NCBI GenBank assembly: GCA_951406725.2 | Contig: OX597827.1 | Span: forward strand, 1,054,001 to 1,118,000 | From: Octopus vulgaris | Lineage: Eukaryota | Length of the DNA stretch: 64,000 nt | Direction: 5' to 3' | Shown here: one piece after another, positions 12,765 through 25,293 of the stretch | Position numbering within the stretch: the stretch's first letter is position 1 | Layout: each line of letters opens with the position of its first letter | Made by a program: the position numbers and the translations under genes | Notes under the pieces: model-generated | Databases searched by the model: none | Seen by the model: only the letters and a program-made list of their open reading frames with translations | Told to the model about the DNA's origin: nothing

Positions 12765-13110
12765 TTTATTAAATACACGACTATGTTCATGTTCTTTCTT
12801 TTATATTTCATATTTTGTTTTTAGATTTTTTTCCTGTTGGTTTGGAAAAGTAGCATTTCTAAATCCTGTGGTTTCGTACTGATGATCAATACACCTTTTG
12901 CAGGCAGAAAGTCAATACAATCTCATTCAGTGTATAAGAAATAACACAAACGTCGAATATGTTTAACTCCTGATAATGAGGCTGTGAAGGTCTAGAAACA
13001 TTGAACATGAATTCAGGAAATTGACAATTCCAAACCAACTGTAAAAAGTTAGTAAGAAAATATGAAAAATATAAAAGATTAAATCTGAATGTAGTCATGT
13101 ATTTAATGAA
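12765..13110. repeat. Imperfect ~105-bp inverted repeat (old foldback or MITE)
   Basis: tttattaaatacacgactatgttca...cttttatatttcatatttt...gttggtttggaa (12765-12870) pairs with ttccaaaccaac...aaaatatgaaaaatataaaag...tgaatgtagtcatgtatttaatgaa (13005-13110). Confidence 0.8.
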
Positions 13111-14208
13111 ATGTGTGCGTGCGTGTGTGTGTGTGTGTGTGTGTGTATTGTGTGCATTTATGTTCACAAATGTAAAGAAAAGAAATGGGGGACTCAGAGA
13201 AGAAGCTGAGTGATGCCTCAGCTTCATATGTATGTATGTATGTGCTTATATGTGTGTGACTGTATTGTGTTATTTCTACAAATATGAAAGTGCTTAATAC
13301 ACAGATGTAGTAAAGTGTGTAGTGCCCAATTATATCTGAGTATAGTTAACTGTGGGTTTAAATCCATATCAAGGTTTCATGCAGGAATCCAAGTGGATAT
13401 CACTGATCATCAGTAGATGTGAAATCATATTAGGGTCAGAAATGGAAAAGGTATTATAGGTAAGGGACTTGTCACATGATCTGTGACATCACTCATGTTT
13501 ACTGCTTTGCAAAATCATCCTTTTTTAAGGTGGGAAAATATTTTTGTAGTAGAATGTATTTTTTCTATTATATAGATATTTCTTTTGTTTATTGTTAGAA
13601 GTGGGTGATACTGTTTGTGGAATTTCTCTGCAAAGCAGTGTATGTATTAGTTTTATATTTACATATATGTACAGGTGAAAATTAGCTTTTTTCAATTTTT
13701 ATTCATTTGTTCATTTATATTTTTCTTTTAATCTGTTCAAGGTGTGCAACTCCTGTAAACATTGCAACGCCAATGGTATAGCCGTCCATAAAATTTTAAC
13801 ATCCATATTAGCATTGTTTTGCGAAAGTTGAATGGGTACTGTAAAAACATATGTCTATCTGTCGGTTTGTCTCTCTCTTTCTCTTTCTCCCTCTCTCTTT
13901 TTGCAGCTCACTTTCTACAGAGTCTGTTTGTCCATCTGTTCAAACAAGCCAGTTAAAGGATACTTAAAAAAATTTTTTTTTTGTGTGTATGTGTCTTTCT
14001 GTTCTTCATCACTTCGTAAACAATTTCCCGCTTTTGGTTGTTCTTGTTCTTGATGTTGTTGAGGCTTCTGTTGTTATAAAGCTTGCTTCTAGTTTTATTT
14101 TGTAATTTGGTAAAGTCTCTATAAATTGAAATATGTTGTGTACAATTTAAAAAAAACTTTTTTCATTTGCATTCTAAAAATTTTTACAAAATAAAAAAAC
14201 AATAAAAC

Positions 14209-14254
<46 letters not shown>

Positions 14255-14353
14255 ATAACAACAACAATGTAATAATAATGAAAATTATAAAATGGAAACA
14301 AATGTATGGAAATAAAATTTTTTAAATTTTCAACAAAATAAACCATAATACAC

Positions 14354-14406
<53 letters not shown>

Positions 14407-14876
14407 TAATAATAATAATAATAATTTGAATTTTGATAATTGATTTCTTTTTCCGTTTTTGTTTTTCCTTTTTTTAATTCTCCTTTTCTTTCCTAAACAT
14501 GAAGCATTTTTAGATAATTAAAATTCATTTCTGTTCTGCTGCTACCATCGATGACTTCAAGATAGAAATTCTTGCAGTAGTTTGAAAGAATTTGTTAAAA
14601 GTAGTAGAAAAAGGAGTAGCAGCAGCAGCAGCAGCAGAAGTAATGGTAGTCATAAATAAAGCAAATACCTAATAATCGAGGTTTGACTGTGGTATGACAA
14701 GGAGCAAAATTATGCAATGCAAATGACAATAATAACAACAACAACAAACTAATAATAAAACAAATAAAAAAAACTAAATTAAATTTTAAAAAGTAAAATA
14801 AAAAAAAATTAGTTTTTAAATCAATTATTCCAAACATTTTTCCACAAGCATGGTAAAATAATTAAAAATAAAATAA

Positions 14877-14903
14877 TTAGCTACTACGAAATTCTAATTT
14901 ATG
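14877..14903 (-). CDS. Putative terminal coding exon (HKLEFRSS*) of the minus-strand gene
   Basis: Strong acceptor ttttttcccccttcttttcttttccag|CAT AAA TTA GAA TTT CGT AGT AGC TAA. Phase 0 matches the AAG|GTACTT donor at 20297. A long SINE-poor, AT-rich 3'UTR-like stretch follows. Confidence 0.55.
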   Translation of the reverse strand, partial: HKLEFRSS

Positions 14904-15485
14904 CTGGAAAAGAAAAGAAGGGGGAAAAAATCAAGTTAAAAATTAAGCAAAGAAATAAAAAGAAAATTGAGATTAAACAAATAACTAACTGAAATAATTA
15001 AATAATGATGATAGTGATGATGTTGATGATGATTGCTGGGGATGATGAACGTGGTGGTGGTGATGGTGATGATAAGTGTTATGATGATGATGATAGTGGT
15101 GATGATGGTGATAGCGGTGATAGTGGTGATAATGTTGATAATTGTTATGATGATGATGATTAAGGTGGTAATATTAATAATGATGATGATAGTGGCAATG
15201 ATAATGATATTGTTAATGATGATGATAATGATATCATTGATGGTGATGATAACAATAATATTGGTTCATTATATTTCCTTAACTACATGACTGTTCTACA
15301 AGATGGAATTATGGAATTGTCCATCCTTTGCATCATGGTTAAACAAGTCACATTAGTTCATCAGAAGATCCAGCATCTACATACATATATACACAAATCA
15401 AGCAATCTGACTGTCTGTCTACCTGTCCATCCATCTATCTGTCTATATATCTTTCTAACTGTAAATCTGTCTGCCTATCTCTTTC

Positions 15486-15538
<53 letters not shown>

Positions 15539-15542
15539 TAAT

Positions 15543-15800
15543 ATTGTGCCTATGATAATTGGTGCATTGGGAACAGTAAGCAAAGATATAGACAAATGGC
15601 TGAAGGAGATTGGAATAGAATGTCCGGTAGAGCTCCTCACAGAAGGTTTGTCTTTTAGGAAGAGCAAGGATTACCATGAGAGTTCTAAGTACTGGAAGAC
15701 TTCTGAAAACTTGTGGATACCTAAGGTTACAGGTGGTAACTAACTACCCACATAAATCCTACCAGGAATAAGAGCAAACCTGAGCTAAAAGAGGATATTG
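15543..15800 (+). mobile_element. 5'-truncated R4/Dong-like (RLE-endonuclease) non-LTR retrotransposon in a (TAA)n tract
   Basis: It reads IVPMIIGALGTVSKDIDKWLKEIGIECPVELL, then frameshifted QKVCLLGRARI..RVL. This matches the C-terminus after the RLE domain (VPIVIGALG...LQK..LLGTARILRKVL). (TAA)n lies at 15487-15542 and taataataat at 15801-15810. Confidence 0.75.
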
Positions 15801-15810
15801 TAATAATAAT

Positions 15811-16134
15811 GTTCATCTCTCGTCGTTGACAATGACCAGGATATATCATGGGAGAAGAAGATGGGTCGTAGTGCATCTGGCTGTGGGTGATCAAGCTGAC
15901 GTGTGCTTGGAAGGTTCTGCTGCAGGTTGCGCACTGGTGGTTTGCTGGGAATGAAAGTAAGGAGCTGGCTCTGGACTTGTGCAGCTTACATTTTCTTTTT
16001 GCTCCTCTGATTCTGTTCTTTTCATAGGAAGTGGCACCTCTGTTGGTGCAGCCATGCCAGGCAGGGCAGTCTTGTGCATGCATTTCCCAGGTGTTATGGT
16101 TGATCTGAAATCTTACATTAGATCTGACACACAT
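15811..16134 (-). mobile_element. RTE-clade LINE 3' end with C2H2-like zinc knuckle
   Basis: ORF 15727-16134(-) contains WEMHAQDCPAW...GATSYEKNRIRGAKRKCKLHKSR...CATCSRTFQAHVSLITHSQMH, typical of RTE/BovB-like C-termini. It ends in an (ATT)n tail. Confidence 0.8.
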
Positions 16135-16455
16135 AGATCTTATCTCAAGATCTGCACACTTGAGATTTTGTGTATAAAACCATAAACATACATACCATAT
16201 TGTCCATCAAAATGAATATGTTTGTATGTAAGGACGGTGCTTTGATGGACAAAAAGACAGATCGATAATTGACAGACAGGCAGATAGTGATGAACAGAGG
16301 TTATCAGTAGAAAGATAGCAGGAAAAAAGATAGATGGGTAACTAAAGATAAAAGTATGACTGACATAAGACGCAGCTCATATCATTTGTTCCTTATGCAT
16401 TTTTTGCCTTTGTGGATATTTGCATCCTCTGCAAATTCACAATAGTTTTTCAGGA

Positions 16456-16672
16456 TCCCCACTTGAACTGTTGTGGATCTGCATTAAATTAAGCATTGAA
16501 CATCTACTACAGAGGATACAAATAGCCACAATGGTGAAACAGGCATAGGGAATAGATGGCAATACTGCTAACCTCAGCACTTTACTGGAAGTAGACTAAA
16601 TGATAATACTTAACAGGAAGTTCTAAATTCACCAGTGGCAGTTGTACACTTAACTACACATAGGAAATACTA
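16456..16672 (+). mobile_element. HHR-bearing repeat family 2, degraded copy
   Basis: Aligns with 45880-46180 (gaactg.tgtg.atctgcat.aa...aatagccacaat.gtgaaaca.g..tagggaa...ctttactggaagtagacta.atgat...cagttgtaca...gaaatacta). The 5' core box is mutated. Confidence 0.7.
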
Positions 16673-16874
16673 TTATATATGTGTGTGTGTGTGTTATCCT
16701 TCCACTATTTTTTACATTAACTTCTATACGCTTCCCTATCTCTAATCACCATCATCTTCTCTCTCCTACCTTCCAACTAATTCCTATGTTATCATAGACA
16801 TCCCTATATTTCAACCCTCATACAGTATTCAGAATATTTGTGCCCTTATCCCATTTCTTACCAGGCTATCAGAT

Positions 16875-17150
16875 ATTGCTACACATCACTGGTCACAATT
16901 GGCTTTGCATTGTTTTAGCCTTCAATGACTCCACCCTGCTGGCTAAGCAGGCAGGCTAACAGAAGAAAGAGTGAGGGTAAGTTGCGGCGAAAGAGTACTG
17001 CAGGGATCACCACCACCCCCCTTTCCTGAGCCTCGTGGAGTTTTAGGTGTTTTTGCTCAATAAACACTCACAATGCCCGGTCTGGGAATTGAAACCATGA
17101 TCCTACGACCACGAGTCCGCTGCCCTAACCACTGGGCCATTGCACCTCCA
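16875..17150 (-). mobile_element. tRNA-derived SINE, family D
   Basis: The reverse complement starts ggaggtgcaatggcccagtggttagggcagcggactcgtggtcgtaggatcatggtttcaattccc (A and B boxes). A second copy at about 20820-21130 has TSD cctctcaacgatta. Confidence 0.85.
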
Positions 17151-17164
17151 CACACACACATATG

Positions 17165-17224
<60 letters not shown>

Positions 17225-17524
17225 CATAATTTGGGTGGAGTTACTCTCTTATTTCCTTGAGTCTCACCTGTGGGTGCAGAGGTTCCTCAAGCAAGTGATG
17301 TCATACAAATATATTATTAACCTTTATCACTTCCCTTTCCTCATTGTCTTCCTTCAGCCGTGTACTTTCCTCTCTGCTATACTCCATCCCTTCTTCTCCA
17401 GCTGCCGTATCCTAGTATATTTTCCACAGCAAGTCACTTATCTCTATCTCTCTATTATTCTTTTAACTTCTCATCAACTGGCATAAATCCCACTCCCTCA
17501 ATACTCCTCCCCCTGCTACTCAAA

Positions 17525-17739
17525 GGACTTTGTCTTGTCTTGCAAGCTACTTGGTCATCCCACTGGTGCTGGTGTCGCATATAAAGCTCCCAGTACACTC
17601 TGTGCAGTGGTTGGCATTAGGAAAGGCATCCAACCATAGAAACCATACCAAAATAGACAACACAACTTAGCACAGCCCTCTGGCTTGCCAGCTTTTGTCA
17701 AACTGTTCAATCCATGCCAGCATTGAAAACAGGCATTAA

Positions 17740-17812
<73 letters not shown>

Positions 17813-17842
17813 CGATGATGATGATGATGATGACGATGATGA
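17525..17842 (+). mobile_element. Family C short retroelement with (GAT)n tail
   Basis: gctggtg.c.c.t.taaagc.cccagtacactc...tggttggcattaggaaaggcatcc...ccatgccagcat.gaaaa.ggcattaaa(tga)n. Further copies are at about 11230-11440, 18975-19285, 43090-43647, 55950-56203 and 58820-59000 (-). Confidence 0.8.
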
Positions 17843-18496
17843 CTATGTTATTGTGTACTCTTTCTTTTCAAACTGTGAACACTAAACAGATTATATAAGA
17901 AGTTGGTTGAATAAATGGTAGATAAATGGCTGGTTAGATGTGTGGATAGCTCTTGAGATGGATCAGTGGATGGATTGACGAATGTGTAGGAATTAACAAA
18001 GAACAGTTGAAGTTAAGAATTTAAAGATATAAAGGAAAATAGGAATATCAGACAGATACATTATTTACATTATTTACATTTGACAAATATTTGTCCTCAT
18101 CTTGTTTGTTGTTAACACAATATAGAACTGTATTATCAGACAAATATCCAATAAAAATAAAAGTTGACAGACCATGCCAAGAGAAAAAAAAAACCCCACA
18201 AGATTAAACTAAAAAGATAGCAAGAAAAGACAAGTGAGAGAGGGGGGTGGAAAGAATAGAAATATTTTTAAAAAATGAAATTTAGAGGAAAAGACGGGAG
18301 AAGAGGAAATACAAAAAAATCATACCCATACATATATATGTATAAACTCAAGAATTTTGCTAATTTATAATTAAGGCATAATTAATATCCTGCAGAAAAC
18401 TATAATTAGTGACTAATTAATTAATGAAAAATATTGCTGCTATATGTTACTGCAAAAATCTATCTTGGGAAATAATATGGAATATATCTCTTCTTT

Positions 18497-18972
18497 AAAT
18501 CATAGCCTGTTTGTTGTTTATATATGATATAGCCTGTTGATTGCCTATATGCTATATAGCCTGTTGATTGCCTATAAAGCATAGGCAGCTGATGGCTCAT
18601 AAATTATAGCATGCTCATTGCCAATAAATTATATGTTGCTGATTGTCTATACATTTTAGTTTCTTGACAGCCTATAAATTATAGTTCTCTGGTTGCCTAT
18701 AAATTGAGGTTGTTGATTGCTTATAAATTATAGGCAGTTAATTGCCTATAAATTATAGGTTATGGGTTGTCTCTAAATTATACATTGTTTTTGCCTATAA
18801 AATATAGCCTGTTTATTCTAGATAAATCATAGTTATTTCCTATAAGTTATAGCCTTATGACTACCTATAAATAATAGGTTGTTATTTACCAATAGATTAT
18901 AGTTTGATGACTGCTTATAAATTCTGTGTTGTTGATCACCAGCAAATTATAGCTTTATGATTGCTTATAGAT
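18497..18972. repeat. Degenerate ~25-bp minisatellite (consensus about cctataaattatagcctgttgattg)
   Basis: Roughly 18 diverged units of tataaattatag...tgattgcc. One more unit resumes after the family C insertion at about 19284-19303. Confidence 0.85.
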
Positions 18973-19704
18973 CATAGGTCTTGGTGACCCTGCCAGTGCT
19001 GGTGCCACATAAAAAGCTTCCAGTCCACACTGTAAAGTAATTGACATTTGAAAGGGCAACCAGCTGTAAAAACCATGCCAAAACTGACCTCACCTGTGCT
19101 GGTGCCATGTAAAAAGCACTCAGTCCACTCCGCAGTATGGTTGGTGCTAGGAAGGGCATCCAGTCTTATAAAAAACCTTGCCAAAACAGACACAGAAGTA
19201 GGGTGCAGGCTTCTGCTTGGCCAAACTATCCGGCCCATGCCAGAATGGAAGCAAATATTAAACAATGACAATGATGATAATGATGATTGCTTATAAATTC
19301 TAGAGTAAAGTTTGGATAAATTCATATGCCATGGGCAAGGGAATAACCTAATGTTTCAAGAGGGGCCTGACATTTTGCCCTCTCTTTCAAAAGAAAGGGA
19401 CAGCACCAAACTGTCAAATTCCTTTATCAAAATTCCATCCTGTGCAGAGAGATGAAACTGGGGACCTCATGGGTGTGCAGTAATCATTTCAATTCAACCA
19501 TACAGCCTTGTATTTATGCAAATCACCATCTTTGGTTTAACATCTACTTTTCCATGCTTGCATGGGTCAGACAAAATCTAAATTGAGGCAGGGTTTTTTA
19601 ACACTCATTGCATCACATGATCTGCATTGAATATATTTATGCCAGCCCCTCTGAGGTCAGTAAAGAAAAGCAACATCATCATCACCATCATCATCATTTT
19701 CACG

Positions 19705-19752
<48 letters not shown>

Positions 19753-20296
19753 GTTGAAGGTGGTGAGCTGGAAAATCATTAGCGTGCTGGATGAAATGCT
19801 TAGCAATATTTCACCCTATCAGTCCATTCTGAGTTCAATTCCCACTGAGATCAACTTGGCTTTTCATCCCACTGGGGGTCAATGAAGTAAGTACTTGTTG
19901 AGCCCCTCTCTTCTAAAATTTCAGACCCTCTGCCTCAAGTAGAAATGATCATCATCATTATTATTAATATTATTATTGCTAATATTGTTATAAATATTAT
20001 CATCATCATCATCATTATTTTTATTATTATTATTATTATTATTATTGTTGTTGTTGTTGTGAAAGAAATTATTACTATTATCATTATCACTATTATTACT
20101 TATATTATCATGTTTCTTTTATATTTTTTTTTTACAATAGACATAACAAAATTCAACCAACCCAAGGCAACGAACTATAATTATAGTCATTAAGAAAATT
20201 ATCATCATCATTATCATTATTATTATTATTATTATTGTCATTTTTATTTTTATTGATTCTTTTTGTTACTGTTTTAACTTTTTACAATGGAAGTAC

Positions 20297-20646
20297 CTTT
20301 GGCACTGCTGGTAGTGGTTTTGTGTGCGACGTGAAGCTGTTTTTCATGGGAAGGTCCCAGAGCTGACTGGAAATGCCGGTTCCACTGTGGCCCTCGGAAA
20401 TGGACTTCAGGTCTATGACATCAGTGTTGAGGGAGTTTGGATTTTGCAGCTTTGATTGAACAGAAGATTTTACTGGTGTGTAGATATCCTTTGGTTTGCC
20501 AATACTACTCAAGGTTGGTGATGACTTTACGCCTGAAGATGATAATGATGTTGTTGTTGTTGCTGTTTTTGTTGTTAATGATGATGATGATGGTGATAAT
20601 GATGTGGATGTTTTCGGCTGTTTATCAGGCTTGGAATATTGATGTG
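20297..20646 (-). CDS. Internal (or alternative terminal) coding exon, Ser/Thr/Lys/Pro-rich, unknown protein
   Basis: Acceptor tttttattttttctctttgcag|CA CAT CAA (phase 1). The 350-nt open frame reads HQYSKPDKQPKTSTSLSPSSSS...SQLWDLPMKNSFTSHTKPLPAVPK. Donor is AAG|GTACTT (phase 0); without splicing it ends VLPL* at 20282. Confidence 0.8.
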
Positions 20647-21673
20647 CTGCAAAGAGAAAAAATAAAAAATAAATGATAACAATTGATTTCAAATTTTGGC
20701 ACAAAGCTAGAAATTTCAGAAGAGGGGGCTAGTTGATTATATCAACCCCAGTACATAACTGGTTCTTATTTTATTGATCACAAAAGGACGAACAGCAAAG
20801 TTGTCCTCTCAACGATTATTTATTTATTATTATACGCCCTTTTCAAGCCTAACCAGGCTCATGGGCCTGGTTTCCCAGTTTCTGTGGCATATGTGTTCCC
20901 CGCCCCCCGCTGGATGGGACGCCAGTCCATCGCAGTGTTACTTAAGAAACAGGAAGAAAGAGTGAGAGAAAGTTGGGGTGAAAGAATGCAACAAGAGTTG
21001 CCACCACCCCCTGCCAGAGCCTCGAGGAGCTTTAGGTGTTTTTGCTCAATAAACACACACAATGCCCGGTCTGGGAATTGAAACCATGATCCTCCGACCA
21101 TGCCCTAACCACTGGGCCATTGCGCCTCCCTCTCAACGATTAGCCAGAGATGATTTTTAAAATGAGAATATCTGAAATAAACTCAACTGCTCTCACAAAC
21201 GAGAATACTAAAAATGAACCTGACCCCTTCCAAAAATTAAGTAACAAAGACCGGGAAAATAATCCAGAATCCTTGAGGTTCTTGAGATATCTAGTCCATG
21301 GACAAACAAACAAACATGACTGGAAACAATACCTCTGCCTTTGCTAAGGTGGAGGTAATAATAATAATCATTTCTACTATTGGCACAAGGCCTTAATTTT
21401 GTGCGTGTGTGGGAGGAGGGGGTTTGTCAATTACATCAACACCAGTACAATCCTTTCTACTAAAGGCACAGAGCCAGAGATTTTGGTGGGAAGGTTGGGA
21501 TTAAGTTGGATTCCATCAACCCCAGTGTTTCACTGACACTTAATTTATCGATCCCAAAAGAAGAAAGGGCAAAGTGGACCCCAGCAGAATTTGAACTCAG
21601 AATGTAGTAACGGGTGAAATACCACTAAGCATTTCACCCAGCGTGCTAACAATTCTGCCAGCTCACCACCTTG

Positions 21674-21756
<83 letters not shown>

Positions 21757-23514
21757 CAGCTAATAAAACTGAAGATAGTAAAAACTAAATGACAGAAAAG
21801 GTTAAAGAACTAAGATAAAACTGTGCACCAGGTGCAAACATAGATGTGTGAAAAGGTCTACTTCTCAACCATGTGGTTTTAGGTTCAATCTCACCACATA
21901 GCACCTTGGGGTAAGTGTCTTTTATTATAGCCTCAGACCAACCAAAACCTTGTTAGTATATTTAGTAGATACAAACTACGGAACCATTTTTTTTACCTTT
22001 TTACTTGTTTTAGTCACTGGACTGTAGCCCTACTGGGGCACCACCACAAAGGGTTTAGTCAAATAAATCAACCCCCAGTACTTATTTTTATATCTGGTAG
22101 TTATCCGACAGGCCTCTTTGGTTGCACCCTTCAGTTATGGGGACATAAACAAACCAATACTAGTCACTAAGCAGTGGTGGTCGTGAGAGAACCACAACAC
22201 AGACACACACACACACACTATTATGTTAGTCAATGCTTCCATTGTCTTTGTTTTTTTAAGACAATGGAAGCATTGACTAACATAGTAGTAGAGACACCAT
22301 TTCAAATGTTTGGTTGCTCACTGTCCTACTCAGTCAGGGCTGCAGTCCAGGGGTTAAACACCAACAATATGTATTATCATCATCATCATCATCATCCTCA
22401 TCACCAGCATCGTAATCACAAACTTTCGTTATTACCATATCAATTAAAAACCACCACCACCACCACCACCACCACCATTGTCAATATCATCAGACACATT
22501 TGATAATGATGTAAGACATTAAAATATGAGGAGATGGTCATAACCAGAATGCCTTTAATCAAAGAGCTCAATAAAGGCTGACATGGAATCTAAACAACAA
22601 CTTTCATTTCTTCTTCTTCTTCTTCTTCTTCTTCTTCTTCTTCTTCTTCTTCTTCTTCTTCTTCTTCTCCTCCTCCTCCCCCTCCTCCTCCTCCTTCTCC
22701 TTCTTCTCTATTACCCATTTAGACTTTCACTTTCTCCCCACCCTAACCCTTGTGTTCTCTCTTTAGCTACTAAGTTCTCACTCCTGCTCACCTCCCATCA
22801 AATCTCCACATCTCTCTCTCTCTCTCTCTCTCCCTGTCTCTCTCCCTCTCCATCCCCCCTCTCTCTCTCTGCAACCAGCCTCAACCTCTAATTCCTAGTG
22901 TTAAATGCATGTAGCACTAACACCTTCTCCAGATCCCCACGCAACATGATGCATGTGTGAAACAAGCACTGCTGTTTCCAGATTTGCAGATAGCATCACA
23001 GGAATGACATTTAGCAAAAATCTTACTGTATCGAACATTCCAGTGGCAGCAGATCACAGCATTAGTCAGTCGCTCACTCACTCACTCACTCACTCACTCA
23101 CTCACTCACTCACAGTCAGTCAGTCAATAAGTGCGTGAGGCGACTGGCATTGATGGAAAGAAAGGAGGAATATGTATGTTGATGGCTGATTGGATTAGAA
23201 TAAAGATGCAAGCAGAGATGGCACATGGCACACATCTACGATAAAGGGATGGGATGGTAGTGGATTGAGGTGGGTGGTGGCACCAGATAAGAATCAAAAG
23301 CAGAGTTGTATTGTGATGTTGTGATATGGTGCTGCGAGTTCAAAGTGGTGTCGTGAGAGATTTCTGTTTCTATCGACACAGATTGAATACAGACATGTGC
23401 ACATGCGCACTCAAGTGTGAGTGTGCATGTCTATAAATATTTGTGTGTGTTTATATTAATGAATATATGTGTGTGTATGTGTGTGTGCATGTGCTTGTGT
23501 TTCAAACATACAGA

Positions 23515-23516
23515 CA

Positions 23517-23556
<40 letters not shown>

Positions 23557-23709
23557 CTATACATATATATATATATGCACATATATATATATCTATACAT
23601 ATATATATACACATATATATATATATGTATATACATATATATATATATACATATCTATAAACAAATATATGCATACATATACATACATATACATATATAT
23701 ACATATACA

Positions 23710-23781
<72 letters not shown>

Positions 23782-23825
23782 CATATATATATATACATAC
23801 ATATATATATATATATATATTCAGA

Positions 23826-23858
<33 letters not shown>

Positions 23859-23945
23859 GTGTATATATATTTTGTATATGTATGTATGTATCTATGTTTG
23901 TATATGTGTGTGTGTCTATCTATATATATACACACATACATTATG
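23515..23945. repeat. Long degenerate (TA)n/(TACA)n microsatellite
   Basis: Direct inspection. Similar tracts at 31275-31620, 40550-41080, 42220-42480 and 52870-53190 generate the spurious YI/HT ORFs. Confidence 0.95.
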
Positions 23946-24287
23946 TATATGCATACATAAGTTTGTATCATAATCGTCATAGTTGTCAATGTTTTAACAT
24001 CCACTTCTCCAGGGGTCAGACAAAAATATGTTGAGGCAGTTTTCTCTGGCCGGATATCCTTCCTAGCACAAAAACCACCATTTGTTACCAAGTGAGGTAA
24101 CAATCTTCTCTGTTGGACAAAAAACACCCCAGAGTTGAAGGTCTGGAAATAAATGACACCTCAGCATGCCTTTTGTTGAGAAAGGTTACACAACAAACAA
24201 GTCAAGACGCCCAGAAATGCTTTTGTAGTGGACTGTTTGAGATCCTTAAAGAAGCCAATTGCTACAAAGAGTGAGCTGCAAAACCCA

Positions 24288-24338
<51 letters not shown>

Positions 24339-24702
24339 TGCATACATCCTTTATGAGGTGAACAACTTGGTTCCAGGACTTGTTTTCTTTTTAAAATCTT
24401 AATACTTGTTTATCGGTTTCTTTTGCTGAACTGCTAAGTTATGGCGATGTAAACACACCAACACCAGTTGTCAAGTGGTGGTGGTGGTGGTGGTGGTGGG
24501 GAACAAACACAAGCACGAAAACACACACACACATGATAATCTCTCCGTTTCTATTCACAAAAGCCACTCACAAGGCTTTTGTTGGTCCAAGGCTATAATA
24601 GAAGATACTTGCCCAAAGTCCCAGGGTGGGTGGGGCTGAAGCTGGAACCATGTGCTTGGGAAACAAACTTCTTACCACACACCCACACTTGTACCAGTAC
24701 AC

Positions 24703-24744
<42 letters not shown>

Positions 24745-25142
24745 ATGTGTGTGTATGTATATATATATATATATATATTTATAAAAAAACAAACAAAATG
24801 AAAGACGAAGATGGGTGTGTAAACTACAAGCAGCTGTATTAGTTTAACGCTCAGGAAGTTTGAAAATAAAAAATGATAGAGAATCAGGAAATTATGCATA
24901 ATTTTCTGTTTCCTTTGTCATTCATTTAATTTTATTCTATTATGCTCTGTACTCAACCATAAGTTAGTTCTGAAGTATATGAATACTGAGTTCTAGCTCC
25001 AGATTATTAGTATCACTATGACTAAGTGAATCATTGACACACACACACAAACACACGTATGTATGTGTAAGTACATATCTGAGTGTCTGTGTGTGTCACT
25101 TGTAGTGAATATTTTGCTTCAATCTCTCAGCACCAACAGAGA

Positions 25143-25189
<47 letters not shown>

Positions 25190-25261
25190 ATGTATTGACT
25201 GCTATTTCCAATAAACATTGGTGCTTTGTTGTACTACTCTCTCTCACTCACTCTCTCTCTG

Positions 25262-25293
<32 letters not shown>

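Noticed and set aside
15033-15290. Met/Val/Ile-rich hydrophobic ORF (also 19945-20193 and 49550-49780)
   Set aside because: These are degenerate (GAT/GGT/ATT)n trinucleotide repeats mimicking transmembrane segments.
23417-24127. Long ORFs of 170-220 aa (YIYI/HTHT), also at 31229-31669, 40412-41186, 42140-42543 and 46199-47127
   Set aside because: They are translations of stop-free (TA)n/(CA)n microsatellites, not genes.
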